From the NCBI GenBank assembly GCA_963815115.1, contig CAWFFN010000007.1, positions 1,173,147-1,237,146 of the forward strand: a stretch of DNA of 64,000 bases. The letters are read 5' to 3'. Position numbers and translations under genes: made by a program. This DNA comes from an uncultured delta proteobacterium (GTDB lineage: Bacteria; Desulfobacterota; Binatia; DP-6). The notes beneath the pieces were generated by a model. That model ran no database searches, had not been told where the DNA came from, and was given only the letters and a program-made list of their open reading frames with translations. Shown piece after piece: positions 28,910 to 38,329 of the stretch; the first letter of the stretch is position 1, and every line of letters begins with the position of its first letter.

Positions 28910-30472
28910 TCAGGTGCGGTAGATCTCGAACGCCCGGGTCTGTCCGTCGGGCCGGCTGAGCCGCACGCTGATCACGCCGTCGGCGTCGCAGGCGTAGGTC
29001 TCGCTCACGGGAGTGCCGGCGAGGTCGTCGCGGTGGCGGATATCGGCCGGCGTCACGCGCTGCTCGACCGCGATCGCCGGGTCGTAGGGAAAGAGGACGT
29101 CGGACCAGGTCCGCACGCCGAGCGCGGGGCGTCCGGCATCGTCGACACCGGCGCACTCGAGGTAGCGCAGGTGGCCGATGTTGTGGCGCGGCGTGTACTC
29201 CACGCGCTGCTCGACCGGCGGCGCGCCGCGCGGCGGCAGTCGCGTGCCGGCGGCGAAGATCGGCGCGAAGATCTCGCGCTGCCCGTGGTCGGCCAGCCGC
29301 AGCACGCCGAAGTGGCGCGCCAGGATGTCGTGCATCGTCGCCGCGCCCTCGCCGTGGATGGCCGCGCCCATGGCGGTGGCGGTGAAGGGTTTGTCGGTCA
29401 TGACGAGGCGAAGGTCCGGGAAGCGGGCCGCGAGCAGCTTCGCCACCAGCGGCAGGCGCGACGAGCCCCCGACCAGGTAGATGGCGTCGAGAGCGGCGGG
29501 ATCGACGCCGGCGGCGCCGGTAACGAGTCGCCACACGGCGTCGACGGCTGGGCCGACGACGTCGGTCAGCGCCTTCCAGTAGGTGGCGACCGACACGACG
29601 CAGGGTTTTGCCCTGATGCCGACGTCGGCGGGGACCAGCGCGAGCGAGCGCACCCCGCCGGCCGCGATGCTTTCCTTCTGGCGGCGGGCATGCTCGATCA
29701 GCAGCTCGCGCTGCAGCGGCGCCAGCGAGTCCAGCTCGAGCTTCATGCGCCGCGCAAACAGCCGCGCCAGGACCACGTCGAGGTCGTCGCCGCCCAGACG
29801 CTCGATCCCGACGCTGTCGAGGACGGTGAACTCCGGACCGTCGATGCGCACCAGGGAGGCATCGAACGTGCCGCCGCCGAAGTCGAACACGGCCACGGTC
29901 CCGCGCACGCGCCGGGCCTCTGCCCGATCGCCCTGCGCGGTCCGGTTGGCATACTCGATGGCGGCGGCGGCCGACTCGCTGAGCGTGGCGACGACGTCGA
30001 AGCCGGCCAGCCGGAAGGCAGCGCGCGTCACCCAGCGTTGTGCGCCGTTGGCGTTCGCGGGCCAGGTGACGACCGCCTCCAGCAGCTCACCGTCGCGGAA
30101 CAGCCCCGATGCCCGGATGGAGGTTCGCAGCGCGCCGGCGAAGGCGGCGAGCAGCTCGAGCGTGTCGAAGCCACCGGGACGCACGTCGCCGCCCAGGCGG
30201 CCGCCGCCGACCCAGTCGCGCAGGAGGCGCTTCAGCGAGCGGATGCTGCCGACGCGGCCGGCCGCTCCGGGCCGTGCGAGCCGGCGCTCCGCCTCCGACC
30301 CAAACAGGAGGCGGTCGCCGTCGTGCTCGTACGCCACCAGCGAGGGGAAGACCTCGCGCACGACGCGCCCGACGGCCGTGTCGGTGGCGTGCGGGACGAT
30401 CGGGTAGCGGCCCCGGTCACTCGCCACCGCCACCGTGTTGGTGGTGCCGAAATCGATGCCGAGCCGTGCCAT
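28910..30472 (-). CDS. Atypical Hsp70-family protein
   Basis: LGIDFGTTNT, IRSLKRLL, AVFDFGGGTFDAS, LGGDDLD, YLVGGSSRLPLV; short divergent C-terminal domain. Confidence 0.9.
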   Translation of the reverse strand: MARLGIDFGTTNTVAVASDRGRYPIVPHATDTAVGRVVREVFPSLVAYEHDGDRLLFGSEAERRLARPGAAGRVGSIRSLKRLLRDWVGGGRLGGDVRPGGFDTLELLAAFAGALRTSIRASGLFRDGELLEAVVTWPANANGAQRWVTRAAFRLAGFDVVATLSESAAAAIEYANRTAQGDRAEARRVRGTVAVFDFGGGTFDASLVRIDGPEFTVLDSVGIERLGGDDLDVVLARLFARRMKLELDSLAPLQRELLIEHARRQKESIAAGGVRSLALVPADVGIRAKPCVVSVATYWKALTDVVGPAVDAVWRLVTGAAGVDPAALDAIYLVGGSSRLPLVAKLLAARFPDLRLVMTDKPFTATAMGAAIHGEGAATMHDILARHFGVLRLADHGQREIFAPIFAAGTRLPPRGAPPVEQRVEYTPRHNIGHLRYLECAGVDDAGRPALGVRTWSDVLFPYDPAIAVEQRVTPADIRHRDDLAGTPVSETYACDADGVISVRLSRPDGQTRAFEIYRT

Positions 30473-30476
30473 GGTC

Positions 30477-30938
30477 TCACCCTCCGCTCACCGCCACCGC
30501 GGCCTTGCATAGCACCAGCCCGCGACCGCTCCGGAAGCCCGGCTGCACCGCCTCGACGATGACACCGGCGGGGACGCCGGCGGCGCGCCGCTCCTCGACC
30601 ACGGTGTGAATGAGCGGATCGACGGCGTCGAGCGGCTCCGCCGTGAAACGGAGGGCGCCGAGCCGCTCGAGCGCGTCGTCGAGTAGCTCGGCCGCTTGCG
30701 CCGCTGTGGCGCCGCCGACCAGGGCGCGCCGGACCTCGGCGAGGTCGCGGGCGACCGCCCCGAGCCGCTGCTCGAGAAGCTCGCTCAGCAGCCCGCGCAG
30801 CGCGCTGACCGCGTCGTCGAGCATGGCCTCGAGGGATCGTGCCACGACCGGCGGCGGGGACGTCGTACGGACCGCCCGCCCCGTCGCGTTGCCGCGAGCC
30901 GCGGCCTTCCCGGGCCGCTTCGCTCCCCGCCTCGCCAT
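30477..30938 (-). CDS. GrpE-like nucleotide exchange factor
   Basis: Coiled coil followed by LERLGA...VDPLIHTVV...GVIVEAVQPGF...KAAVAVS; 4 nt from the Hsp70 start. Confidence 0.75.
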   Translation of the reverse strand: MARRGAKRPGKAAARGNATGRAVRTTSPPPVVARSLEAMLDDAVSALRGLLSELLEQRLGAVARDLAEVRRALVGGATAAQAAELLDDALERLGALRFTAEPLDAVDPLIHTVVEERRAAGVPAGVIVEAVQPGFRSGRGLVLCKAAVAVSGG

Positions 30939-31071
30939 CCGCTTCTCCTTCCTCACCACCCACCACCTCCCGGAGGCGCCGGGCCCCGGCGCCACGCCGC
31001 CCTCACTGTACGTGATCCGCGAGCTCGTGTTCAAGAAGCAGACTTTCAGGCCACGGGGCGAGTCAGGTTGA

Positions 31072-31275
31072 GTATCAGAGCGCAAGGGCGAGATTCAGGT
31101 CGAGCTCAACTTCACGACGCAAGAAGCGATGGGATCGGCGCTGCTGCACCATGGCGGCTCGGCGCAGTTCAATGTCTTCACGCGATCCCGAGCGAAGCGT
31201 CAGGGGGACTCGTTGAGCCAGCACGGACTGTTCAAGGGTGATCAGCTGGTGGCGTCCGCGACTGAGGAGGCGATC
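31072..31275 (+). pseudogene. DNA polymerase X thumb-domain fragment
   Basis: QVELNFTTQEAMGSALLHHGGSAQFNVFTRSRAKRQGDSLSQHGLFKGDQLVASATEEAI matches the PolX pattern GxALLYFTGS..N..LR..AK..G..L..YGLF...TEE.I. Confidence 0.6.
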
Positions 31276-31523
31276 ATCGTCTTGCTGAACATCTGGAGAA
31301 GCAGGCCGTCGACCTCTCGCAGGAAAACGAAGTTCTCGTTCACGCAGGTCATCGAGGGCTTCAAGCTGGTCGGTCGTCCTTCGTCTCGCCGTCTCGGCAT
31401 ATACCGTCGAGCGGTTCCTCGCGGAGCGGTGAGTGGAGCCGCTGGCGTGCCGAGGCGCGACACCTCGGCCGCCCGGGACGGCCGAGCGAATGACGCGCAT
31501 CGAGCCGGCTGATATGCCGCTCC

Positions 31524-32244
31524 GTGCTCGCCGCGCTCGCACGACTCGGCCGCGACGCCGTCGCCTTGGTCACCGGCCGTCGGCCGGAGGTGCGCAACCG
31601 CGTCAAGTCCTTCCTGCTGAGCCCAATCTACGACGGGTTCTACCGCCTCGCACCGATGGATCCGCACCAACGAGATCGAGCGGCGCCTCCCGCCCGGCGC
31701 CCGGCGCGTGCTCGATCTCTGCACCGGGACGGCGCTCGTGCCGGCCGTAGTTGCCGCGGCGCGGCCCGAGGCCACGGTGGTAGGGCTCGACCTGTCGCCC
31801 GAGACGCTGGCGGTGGGCCGCGAGAAGCTCGCGCGACTCGGCATCCGGAATGCGCATCTCGTGCGGGCCGACGCGGGCACGCTGCCGTTTCGCAGCGCCA
31901 TCTTCGATGCGGTGACCGTGTCGTACGGCTTGCACGAGCTTCCGACCGCGGTGCGCGAGCGCACGGTGCGCGAAGTCGCCGGTGTGCTCCGCCCGGGAGG
32001 CCGGCTCGTGGTGGCCGACCTCGATCGTCCGCCCCGGCTCGGCTGGTTCGTCGAGGAATACCTGCGCGTGGGCGAGCCGGCGCACGCGCGGGAGGTCCTC
32101 GGCGACGGGCTTGCGTGCCTCCTCCATGGGGCAGGCTTCGCGGTGGAACGCGAGCCGCCCCGCGGGGCCATCCCGATGCAACTCCTGGTCGCCACACCGG
32201 GCCGCGCGCCGCGACCCCCGGGGCCCTACGACCCGACCCGGTAG
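31524..32244 (+). pseudogene. UbiE-like class I methyltransferase, frameshift near 31670
   Basis: RVLDLCTGTA, LDLSPETL, ADAGTLPF, FDAVTVSYGLHE, LRPGGRLVVAD; N-terminus (SPIYDGFY) in another frame. Confidence 0.7.
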
Positions 32245-32325
32245 GGTCGCATCATCTCGTTGTCCTCGTGCTCGACGATGTGGCAGTGCCACACGTAGAG
32301 GGCCGCCAGATCGAACGTCGCCAGG
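32226..32325 (-). pseudogene. Multicopper oxidase (CotA/bilirubin oxidase) C-terminal fragment
   Basis: YVWHCHIVEHEDNEMMRPY. Confidence 0.8.
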
Positions 32326-32431
32326 AGGGGCGGCGAGGCGATGGACGCGCCAGGCAGAGGGCTGTTGGCGCGAAGAGCGACTACCCCTTTTGAAGCGCCC
32401 ATGAAGACGGGCTGTCCAGAGGGTCGTGCGG

Positions 32432-32618
32432 CCGAGAAGATGCTCCACGAGAACGGGACGCGCATCGTGAAGCTCTATCTTCACATCAGCCCGAGGAGCA
32501 GCTCGCGCGCTTCCATGAGCGCCTGCGGGACCCCGCACGCCACTGGGAGATCAGTGAGACGGACTACTCCGAGCGCGAGCTCTGGCCCGCCTACGTCGAG
32601 GCGTTCGAGGACGCCATG
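32432..32618 (+). pseudogene. Polyphosphate kinase 2 internal fragment
   Basis: EKMLHENGTRIVKLYLHIS / EEQLARFHERLRDPARHWEISETDYSERELWPAYVEAFEDAM. Confidence 0.75.
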
Positions 32619-32664
32619 GAGCCGGAGCTACTCGGGAGGCGCGCGAGCGTGCTATGCCCCGGCC

Positions 32665-33183
32665 ATGACGAACAAAGGCTGGTCGCACGTGAGCCTCGGG
32701 ACGCTCGATATGGACGCGACGCGGGCGTTCTACGAGGGCGTCCTCGGGTTCACGGCCGTGCGCTGCGACATCATCACGGTGAAGGAAGGCGGCCAGATCC
32801 GCCACGTCTTCTTCGACACGGGCCAGAAGCAGCTCCTGGCCTTCATGGAGCCACGCGGCATCCCCGGCACGCCGGTCGAGTTCGACGGCAGTCTCAACCG
32901 TCCGCTCGGCATGCCCGAGGGCGTCTACCACTTCGCGTTCGAAGCCGGGACCGAGGTGGAGCTCGAGCAGAAGCGGGCCGATCTCATCGCCAAGGGCATC
33001 AAGGTGACGCCCGTCGTCGACCACGAGTGGGCGAAGTCGATCTACTTCAAGGACCCGAACGGCCTCCTGCTCGAGTACTCGTACATCACGCGCGAGTTCA
33101 CCGCCGACGACCGCATCCTGCAGCCGCGGTTCGAGATGAGCTTCCGCGACGAGTCGCCGATCACCGACTTCCGCGACCGGTAG
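32665..33183 (+). CDS. VOC/glyoxalase family protein
   Basis: HVSLGTLDMDATRAFYEGVLG, YHFAF, SIYFKDPNGLLLE. Confidence 0.88.
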   Translation: MTNKGWSHVSLGTLDMDATRAFYEGVLGFTAVRCDIITVKEGGQIRHVFFDTGQKQLLAFMEPRGIPGTPVEFDGSLNRPLGMPEGVYHFAFEAGTEVELEQKRADLIAKGIKVTPVVDHEWAKSIYFKDPNGLLLEYSYITREFTADDRILQPRFEMSFRDESPITDFRDR

Positions 33184-33237
33184 CGCCGTCACCGACGCGG
33201 CGGCGCGAGTCGGCATCGGCGAGGGAGGACGAGCGGA

Positions 33238-34106
33238 ATGTACGAGCAATGGGGCTTTGCCATCACATCGACGGACGAGCAGCGCCTGCGGCTGTTCGTG
33301 CCCGACGCGAACGTCGACACCTTCCAGTACGTCCGCGGCGGTCATTCGAACATCGTGACGGTACGGGCCGTCGGCGACTTCCTGTCGAAGCTCGGCGGCG
33401 GCCGGCGCGATTGGACGGTTGCCGACGGCCTCGTGATGGCGCCGCGCCCGCACCCGAACGGCATTGTCTACGAGGCGGTGTTCCCCGCGAAGCTGCCGAA
33501 CGGCTACTACCAGTACAAGTACGTCGTCGACTTCGCGACGGTGAAGGGGCGCTGGGTGTCGGATCCGTGTGCGAAGGTCAGCGGGCGATCAGACGGCAAC
33601 AGTGCCTTCGTCGTCGACGACGCTCCGCTCGCGCCGGCCGCGGCCCTCGCAGTCGTGCCCTCGCCGACCTTGTGATCTACGAGGTCATGGTCGACGATTT
33701 CACGCGCGGCTACCGCGGGACGCGCGCTCCGCTCGACGCGCTCGGGGATCGGCTGGGTTACTTCTCGTCGGTGGGCGCGAACGCGATCGAGCTCATGCCC
33801 TGTACGGCGCGGCCCGACGACGAGGCGTTCAGCTGGGGCTACGACCCCACGCAGTTCTTCGCGATCGAGAACGCGTACGTTGAGGACCCCGCGGTACCGC
33901 TCGACCGCCGGTCGCGCCTCCGGACCCTGGTCGCGAACGCGCACGCGGGCGGGCCTCGACGTCGTACTTCAGCATGCGAAGGCAGACTCGTCAGACTTCG
34001 GCTTCGCGTACAGGTTCCTGTGGGAGGACCCGAACGATAGCCCGTTCTGCGGGTCGTTCCTCGACGCGCCCACATTCGGCAGCGCGCCGCTCGACTACAA
34101 CAACCT
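33238..34106 (+). pseudogene. GH13 alpha-amylase/branching-enzyme-like protein, 5' part with frameshifts
   Basis: YQYKYVV...WVSDPCA; DLVIYEVMVDDF, GANAIELMP, SWGYDP, LVANAHA, DVVLQH; truncated. Confidence 0.75.
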
Positions 34107-34370
34107 GTGCACGATGGGAAGGCGTACGCGGTGATCGCGTCGAAGGGCGGCGCGCCGCATCACCCGGGGTGGTTTCACAACCTCACCGCCGAGCCCAACG
34201 TCGAGATCCAGGTAGGCCGCGACCGGATCCCCGTGCGCGCCCGGATCGCCGAAGGCGACGAGCGCTCCCGACTCTGGGCGCGCGCGGACGAGGTCAACCA
34301 GGGCCAGTACGCCACGTACCAGTCCCGTACGAGCCGCGTGATCCCGGTCGTGGTGCTCGCGCCGCGCTGA
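34107..34370 (+). pseudogene. F420-dependent nitroreductase (Ddn family) C-terminal fragment
   Basis: VIASKGGAPHHPGWFHNLTAEPNVEIQ...YQSRTSRVIPVVVL; N-terminal half absent. Confidence 0.75.
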
Positions 34371-34429
34371 GCGCTCGGGACCGCGGCCCGGCACCCCAGG
34401 ATAGCAGGCACCTCGGGCGTGTCCCCTTG

Positions 34430-34600
34430 GACAAACACTTTCTTCTTCTTCATTCATGCGCTCGGTGATGCGATATCGCCCCCGATCATCGGAATGCTCT
34501 CCGATCACATCGGTGTGTTCCGCGCGACCATGATCGCCCCGGCCATGATGGTTGCTGGTGGTGGCGTCCGGCTCCGTGCGATCCGCTTGCCAGCGCCGTC
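34430..34600 (+). pseudogene. MFS (spinster-like) transporter C-terminal fragment
   Basis: FFIHALGDAISPPIIGMLSDHIG. Confidence 0.6.
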
Positions 34601-34621
34601 ACCAAGACACGAGACGTGACG

Positions 34622-35467
34622 TCAGCACAGAAGAAGCGGAGGCGCGATACCCCCCTGCCCGGTCCGGCCTCGCCACTCCCTCGCCGACGGTGCCTTCGTC
34701 CGCTTTACCCGCGCGGTTGTCGCCCACCCCATGTAGAGCAGGGACTGGAAGGGCGTAGGGCCGACGAGCGCGAGCGCATCGTCGTGGTCCATCCGCCCGG
34801 TCGCGCGGCGCAGGAGCGCGCGGCCCAGACCGAGGGGGTCGAGACTCGGCCCGAGCCCGGTGAGATCACAGAGTTCCAGCCCCGCTCGCGCGAGCGAGAC
34901 GCCGAGTTCCCCGGGGGTGATGAACATGTCCCAGTCGTGGGTGCCCGGGGGGACCAGGTGCAGCCACTCCTGGAAGACCTCGATCACGAACAGCCAGGAA
35001 AGCCAGGTCCGGTTGATCGTGTCGAAGAAGAAGAGGCCTCCGGGCCGAAGCACGCGCGCGATCTGGCGGATCACGGCATCGAGGTCGTCGACGTGCTCGA
35101 GCACGTCGCAGCAAGAGACGAGGTCGAAGCTTGCGTCGAGAAGGGGAATCGCCTCGCCACGCCCCTGCTCGTAGCGAATCGACAGGCGAGACTCGCGCGC
35201 GTGCGAGCGCGCCACCGCGAGCGAACCGCTCGAAGGGTCGACTCCGGTCACCCGCGCCCCGTGCCGAGCGTATGCCTCGCTCATGAGGCCCCCGCCACAG
35301 CCCAGGTCCAGCACCTCGAGGTCGTCGTAGCGCAGGCCAAGCGTGCCGAGGACGCCGTTGAGGTACGCGAAGCGTCCCGGGTTGAGCGTGTCGAGGCCGC
35401 CGAGCGCGCCACCCGGCTGCCACCAAGTCTCTGCCAGCCGGTCGTAGAGCTGGTTGTCCACGGGCAC
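34622..35467 (-). CDS. ubiG: UbiG-like O-methyltransferase
   Basis: DNQLYDRLAETWW, LNPGRFAY, VLDLGCGGGLMSE, DVLEHV, LRPGGLFFFDTINRT, GTHDWDMFITPGEL. Confidence 0.8.
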   Translation of the reverse strand: MPVDNQLYDRLAETWWQPGGALGGLDTLNPGRFAYLNGVLGTLGLRYDDLEVLDLGCGGGLMSEAYARHGARVTGVDPSSGSLAVARSHARESRLSIRYEQGRGEAIPLLDASFDLVSCCDVLEHVDDLDAVIRQIARVLRPGGLFFFDTINRTWLSWLFVIEVFQEWLHLVPPGTHDWDMFITPGELGVSLARAGLELCDLTGLGPSLDPLGLGRALLRRATGRMDHDDALALVGPTPFQSLLYMGWATTARVKRTKAPSAREWRGRTGQGGIAPPLLLC

Positions 35468-35588
35468 CACGTCCTTATCGCCAACGCAAGGCGACCGAAG
35501 CAAGACCGGCGCATCGTCACTCTTGCCTACGAGGTCCAGGCCGTCCCGGCAGAAGGGCGAAGGGAGGTGAACGTCTGAGTCTCCATGA

Positions 35589-35795
35589 GCCTACGGCTCA
35601 CCCAGCAGGACGAAATTGCAGTATTGGAGGTGGCGTCGTGGTTCGGACGTCGGCCCTTCTTGGTACCGCGAGTCCGGTCTGAGTCTGACGCGGGAGCTTC
35701 CGGGACCCCGCATTGTTGCTTCGAGCACGGAGAGCAGAGTCGTGAACGCGAGGCTCCTCCGAACCGCGGCACACCACACGACGGAGGGACCGTCC
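35589..35795 (+). mobile_element. IS110-family left non-coding end (bridge-RNA-like region) without a transposase
   Basis: Order of blocks CCTACGGCTCACC..GACGAAA, GACGTCGG, TTGGTACC, GAGTCC, AGTCTGACGCGGGAGC, GGACCCCGCATTGTTGC, GAGCACG, GGCTCC and GGAGGG RBS resembles IS110 upstream ends as I recall them; no transposase ORF follows. Confidence 0.5.
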
Positions 35796-36073
35796 GCAGC
35801 GCGGCCGGGTCGGCGCCCGCCTCCGCCGCCCGACGCTACACCTCGCGCTCGGCCCAGGCGAGGGCGCTGCTCCGGGTCATCGTCGCGAGGGAGAACATGA
35901 AGTCCACTTCGCCCCCCCTCCGCGACGGCCGCCCCGTACGCGTTCCCGATGCTCGCGTGCTCGGGCTGGACCACCGCGCGGCCGAAGGGGAGCCCGGCCG
36001 CCGCACATACCGGCACCCGTCTGCCCCGCAATCCGATGGCCTTCACGGCGCGTGGGTGGGCCCCTTCGCATTG

Positions 36074-36721
36074 CTACGCGCGCAACAGCAGCGCGAGTTC
36101 CAGGGCAGCCTTCAAGAACGCAATGAGTTTCGCGAATTCGTCGTCGGAAAGCTCGCGTGCCGCGTCGTTGCCGCGATAAAGGTTGGCAAATTCACGCTCG
36201 CGGCCGGCCTGCACCGCCAGCCGCCCGATGCCCAAGTCCTCCAGTGTGCGCCACACGTCCGGGTTGTATGCCCGGGTGAGGCGCATCACGAATGAAAGCG
36301 GGTCGTGCCGGGCGAGCACCGATGCCAGGCGGAGAATGATCTCGAACGGCAGTGCGGCGTTGCCATTTTCGACCAGTGTGAGGAGCGCTGGATCCTGAAG
36401 ATCGATCGCATCGCCGACTTCGCGAAGGCTTAGGCCCGCTGCCTCCCGCGCTGCCCGCAACAACCCTCCGGCCTTCGCCAATGCCTTCCGCTGTTCGGGC
36501 TTGGGCAACACGATGCGGGCAGCTGCCAGCGACACATCGGTCGCCATGCCGGCCATGCCGAGCACCGAGTCGGTCCACGAGCGAAGTTGCCGTGCCAGGC
36601 CGAGGAGCGCCGGTTCGCCCGTGCGCGGAACGGCCACCGTTTTGCGCGTCCCTTTGGCAGTCGCGCCGCTCGGTTCGCGTGAAGTCGTTTTGCGTTTCGT
36701 GGTTTTGCGGTTCGTCGTCAC
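36074..36721 (-). CDS. XRE-family helix-turn-helix protein
   Basis: LRAAREAAGLSLREVGDAI...LLTLVENG...LPFEIILRLA; Lys/Thr-rich N-terminus; GTG start inferred. Confidence 0.8.
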   Translation of the reverse strand: MTTNRKTTKRKTTSREPSGATAKGTRKTVAVPRTGEPALLGLARQLRSWTDSVLGMAGMATDVSLAAARIVLPKPEQRKALAKAGGLLRAAREAAGLSLREVGDAIDLQDPALLTLVENGNAALPFEIILRLASVLARHDPLSFVMRLTRAYNPDVWRTLEDLGIGRLAVQAGREREFANLYRGNDAARELSDDEFAKLIAFLKAALELALLLRA

Positions 36722-37186
36722 GCGAGGCCTAGGATCTTTTCGTCGAATGCAGGTATGCACGATGGCATGCTGGGGCACGTTGTGGCAACAATGCGCGGCG
36801 CCTGCATGGAGTCTTTGTCGCGTCGGCGGCAGTGCTTGCCCGACTGCGGCACTTGCGCTTGGACGGCCGCCGCGGCGAGCGGGAACTACCCGCTGCGGCA
36901 CTCGACGTCTCCTTCGCGGAAGACAGATCGACGGGCGAGCCGGCCTTTGTACCTGATCTTCCGAAGCCGCTCGATCACGAACACCTTCTCGGGAACATGT
37001 GCTGCTGCATGAACGTCCACGCCTCGCGGATTGAATCGGTGTCGACCCTTCCTTCCAATGTCCTTCATCTGGACCGGCCTCTGTCGCTCCAGTTCGCGCT
37101 CAAATCGCGCGGACTTACAGCTTCGCACCGGATCACCTTTGTTGCTCACCGCCTTTCGTGTATTTGGCGCCGGAAAGGAGGGCTCG

Positions 37187-37369
37187 ATGCCGAGACAGAA
37201 GAGCTTGTTGACGATCATCCGGAACCTGGTGCAGCAGGAAGTGCGCTCTGCAGTTCAGGCGTTGCTCGGGAGCTTCTCTACCGCGAAGCCATCGAAGAAC
37301 GGGCGTCGCCGTCGCAGGCGTCGGCGTGGCTCTGGCCGGCCGCCGGGATCGAAAAACAAGAAGGCGTGA
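37187..37369 (+). CDS. 60-aa basic protein with AT-hook-like C-terminus
   Basis: AAGGAGG RBS; MPRQKSLLTIIRNLVQQEVRSAVQALLG...RRRRRRRRGSGRPPGSKNKKA. Confidence 0.75.
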   Translation: MPRQKSLLTIIRNLVQQEVRSAVQALLGSFSTAKPSKNGRRRRRRRRGSGRPPGSKNKKA

Positions 37370-37375
37370 GGTCTG

Positions 37376-37540
37376 ATGGCGAAGGCCGACGCACCTTGGA
37401 CGCAGTTGGCGACCCGCATCCCGCAGGAGCTGCACTGTCGCCTCAGACTGTGCTGCGTGACGCACGACATCGTCCTCATGCACTTCGTGGCGAGGGCGAG
37501 TGAGGAGAAGCTCGACGGGAGCGAGGGTCGAAGAAGAAGC
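37376..37540 (+). pseudogene. Ribbon-helix-helix-like protein (probably degenerate, native stop lost)
   Basis: GAGG RBS; WTQLATRIPQELHCRLRL...LMHFVARASEEKL fits a beta-strand/helix/helix pattern; end approximate. Confidence 0.5.
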
Positions 37541-37799
37541 CCGCCTGACACGCGCTGGGGCCTTCTGCTGCGCCGACGCCTGAGTCCCAGTGCACCCCGT
37601 GGCAGCACGATGCGGTGCCCGACTAGCAGGACGCCGGGCCGTGAGGCCGTTCCCCGCATCCGCGCCACGAGGCCGCTCGAGCCGGACCACCCGAACACGG
37701 TACGCACACGCGTCGTGCTTCACGCTTACCCCCTGCCCACGACGTGGTCTTGGCGCTCCTCGACTGCGGCCACAGCGAGCCAGTCCCCCGGGGGACCTG

Positions 37800-38060
37800 A
37801 AGGCCGGCCATCTGCCGCACCACCACCGGAGCCAGCAGGAGGACGACGAGGATCCCCATGGCGTACGAGGCGAACACGATGACGCCCGCCGCGGCGGCGC
37901 GCGGGACGCCGCGGCGTGCCAGGCGGTCCACGACCGGGTCGAGGAGATAGCCAATTGCCATGCCGAGCACGAAGGGCAGCAGCACCTTGCGCAGGAGCCA
38001 GAGCGCGAACACGAACGCCGCGAGGAGCCCGAGCCAGAAGCGTGCCGGGTGCGCCGTCAT
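37800..38060 (-). pseudogene. AI-2E family transporter N-terminal fragment
   Basis: LWLLRKVLLPFVLGMAIGYLLDPVVDRLARRGVPR. Confidence 0.75.
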
Positions 38061-38202
38061 GAAGGCCCCATAGTGGACACGCGCGCGTCAAGTCCAACCC
38101 GGACGGCGACACCCAGGCGGCTGGCCGAGGACACGCGACCGTGCGCGGACCCGCTCGCCCCGGCAACCACCGGGGTACTCGGAGGCTCTCTGCTGACTCC
38201 CC

Positions 38203-38310
38203 TTAAGTGATGCGCGTGATCGCGTGATAGGCGAGTAGGACGACGACGGCACCGATCACGGCGACCAGGAGGCTGTAAAGATTCAGGCCGGTCACCCCGG
38301 CCGCGCCACA
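38203..38310 (-). pseudogene. GlsB/YeaQ transglycosylase-associated protein C-terminal fragment
   Basis: GAAGVTGLNLYSLLVAVIGAVVVLLAYHAI. Confidence 0.7.
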
Positions 38311-38329
38311 TCGCACGGAGGAAGACGGA

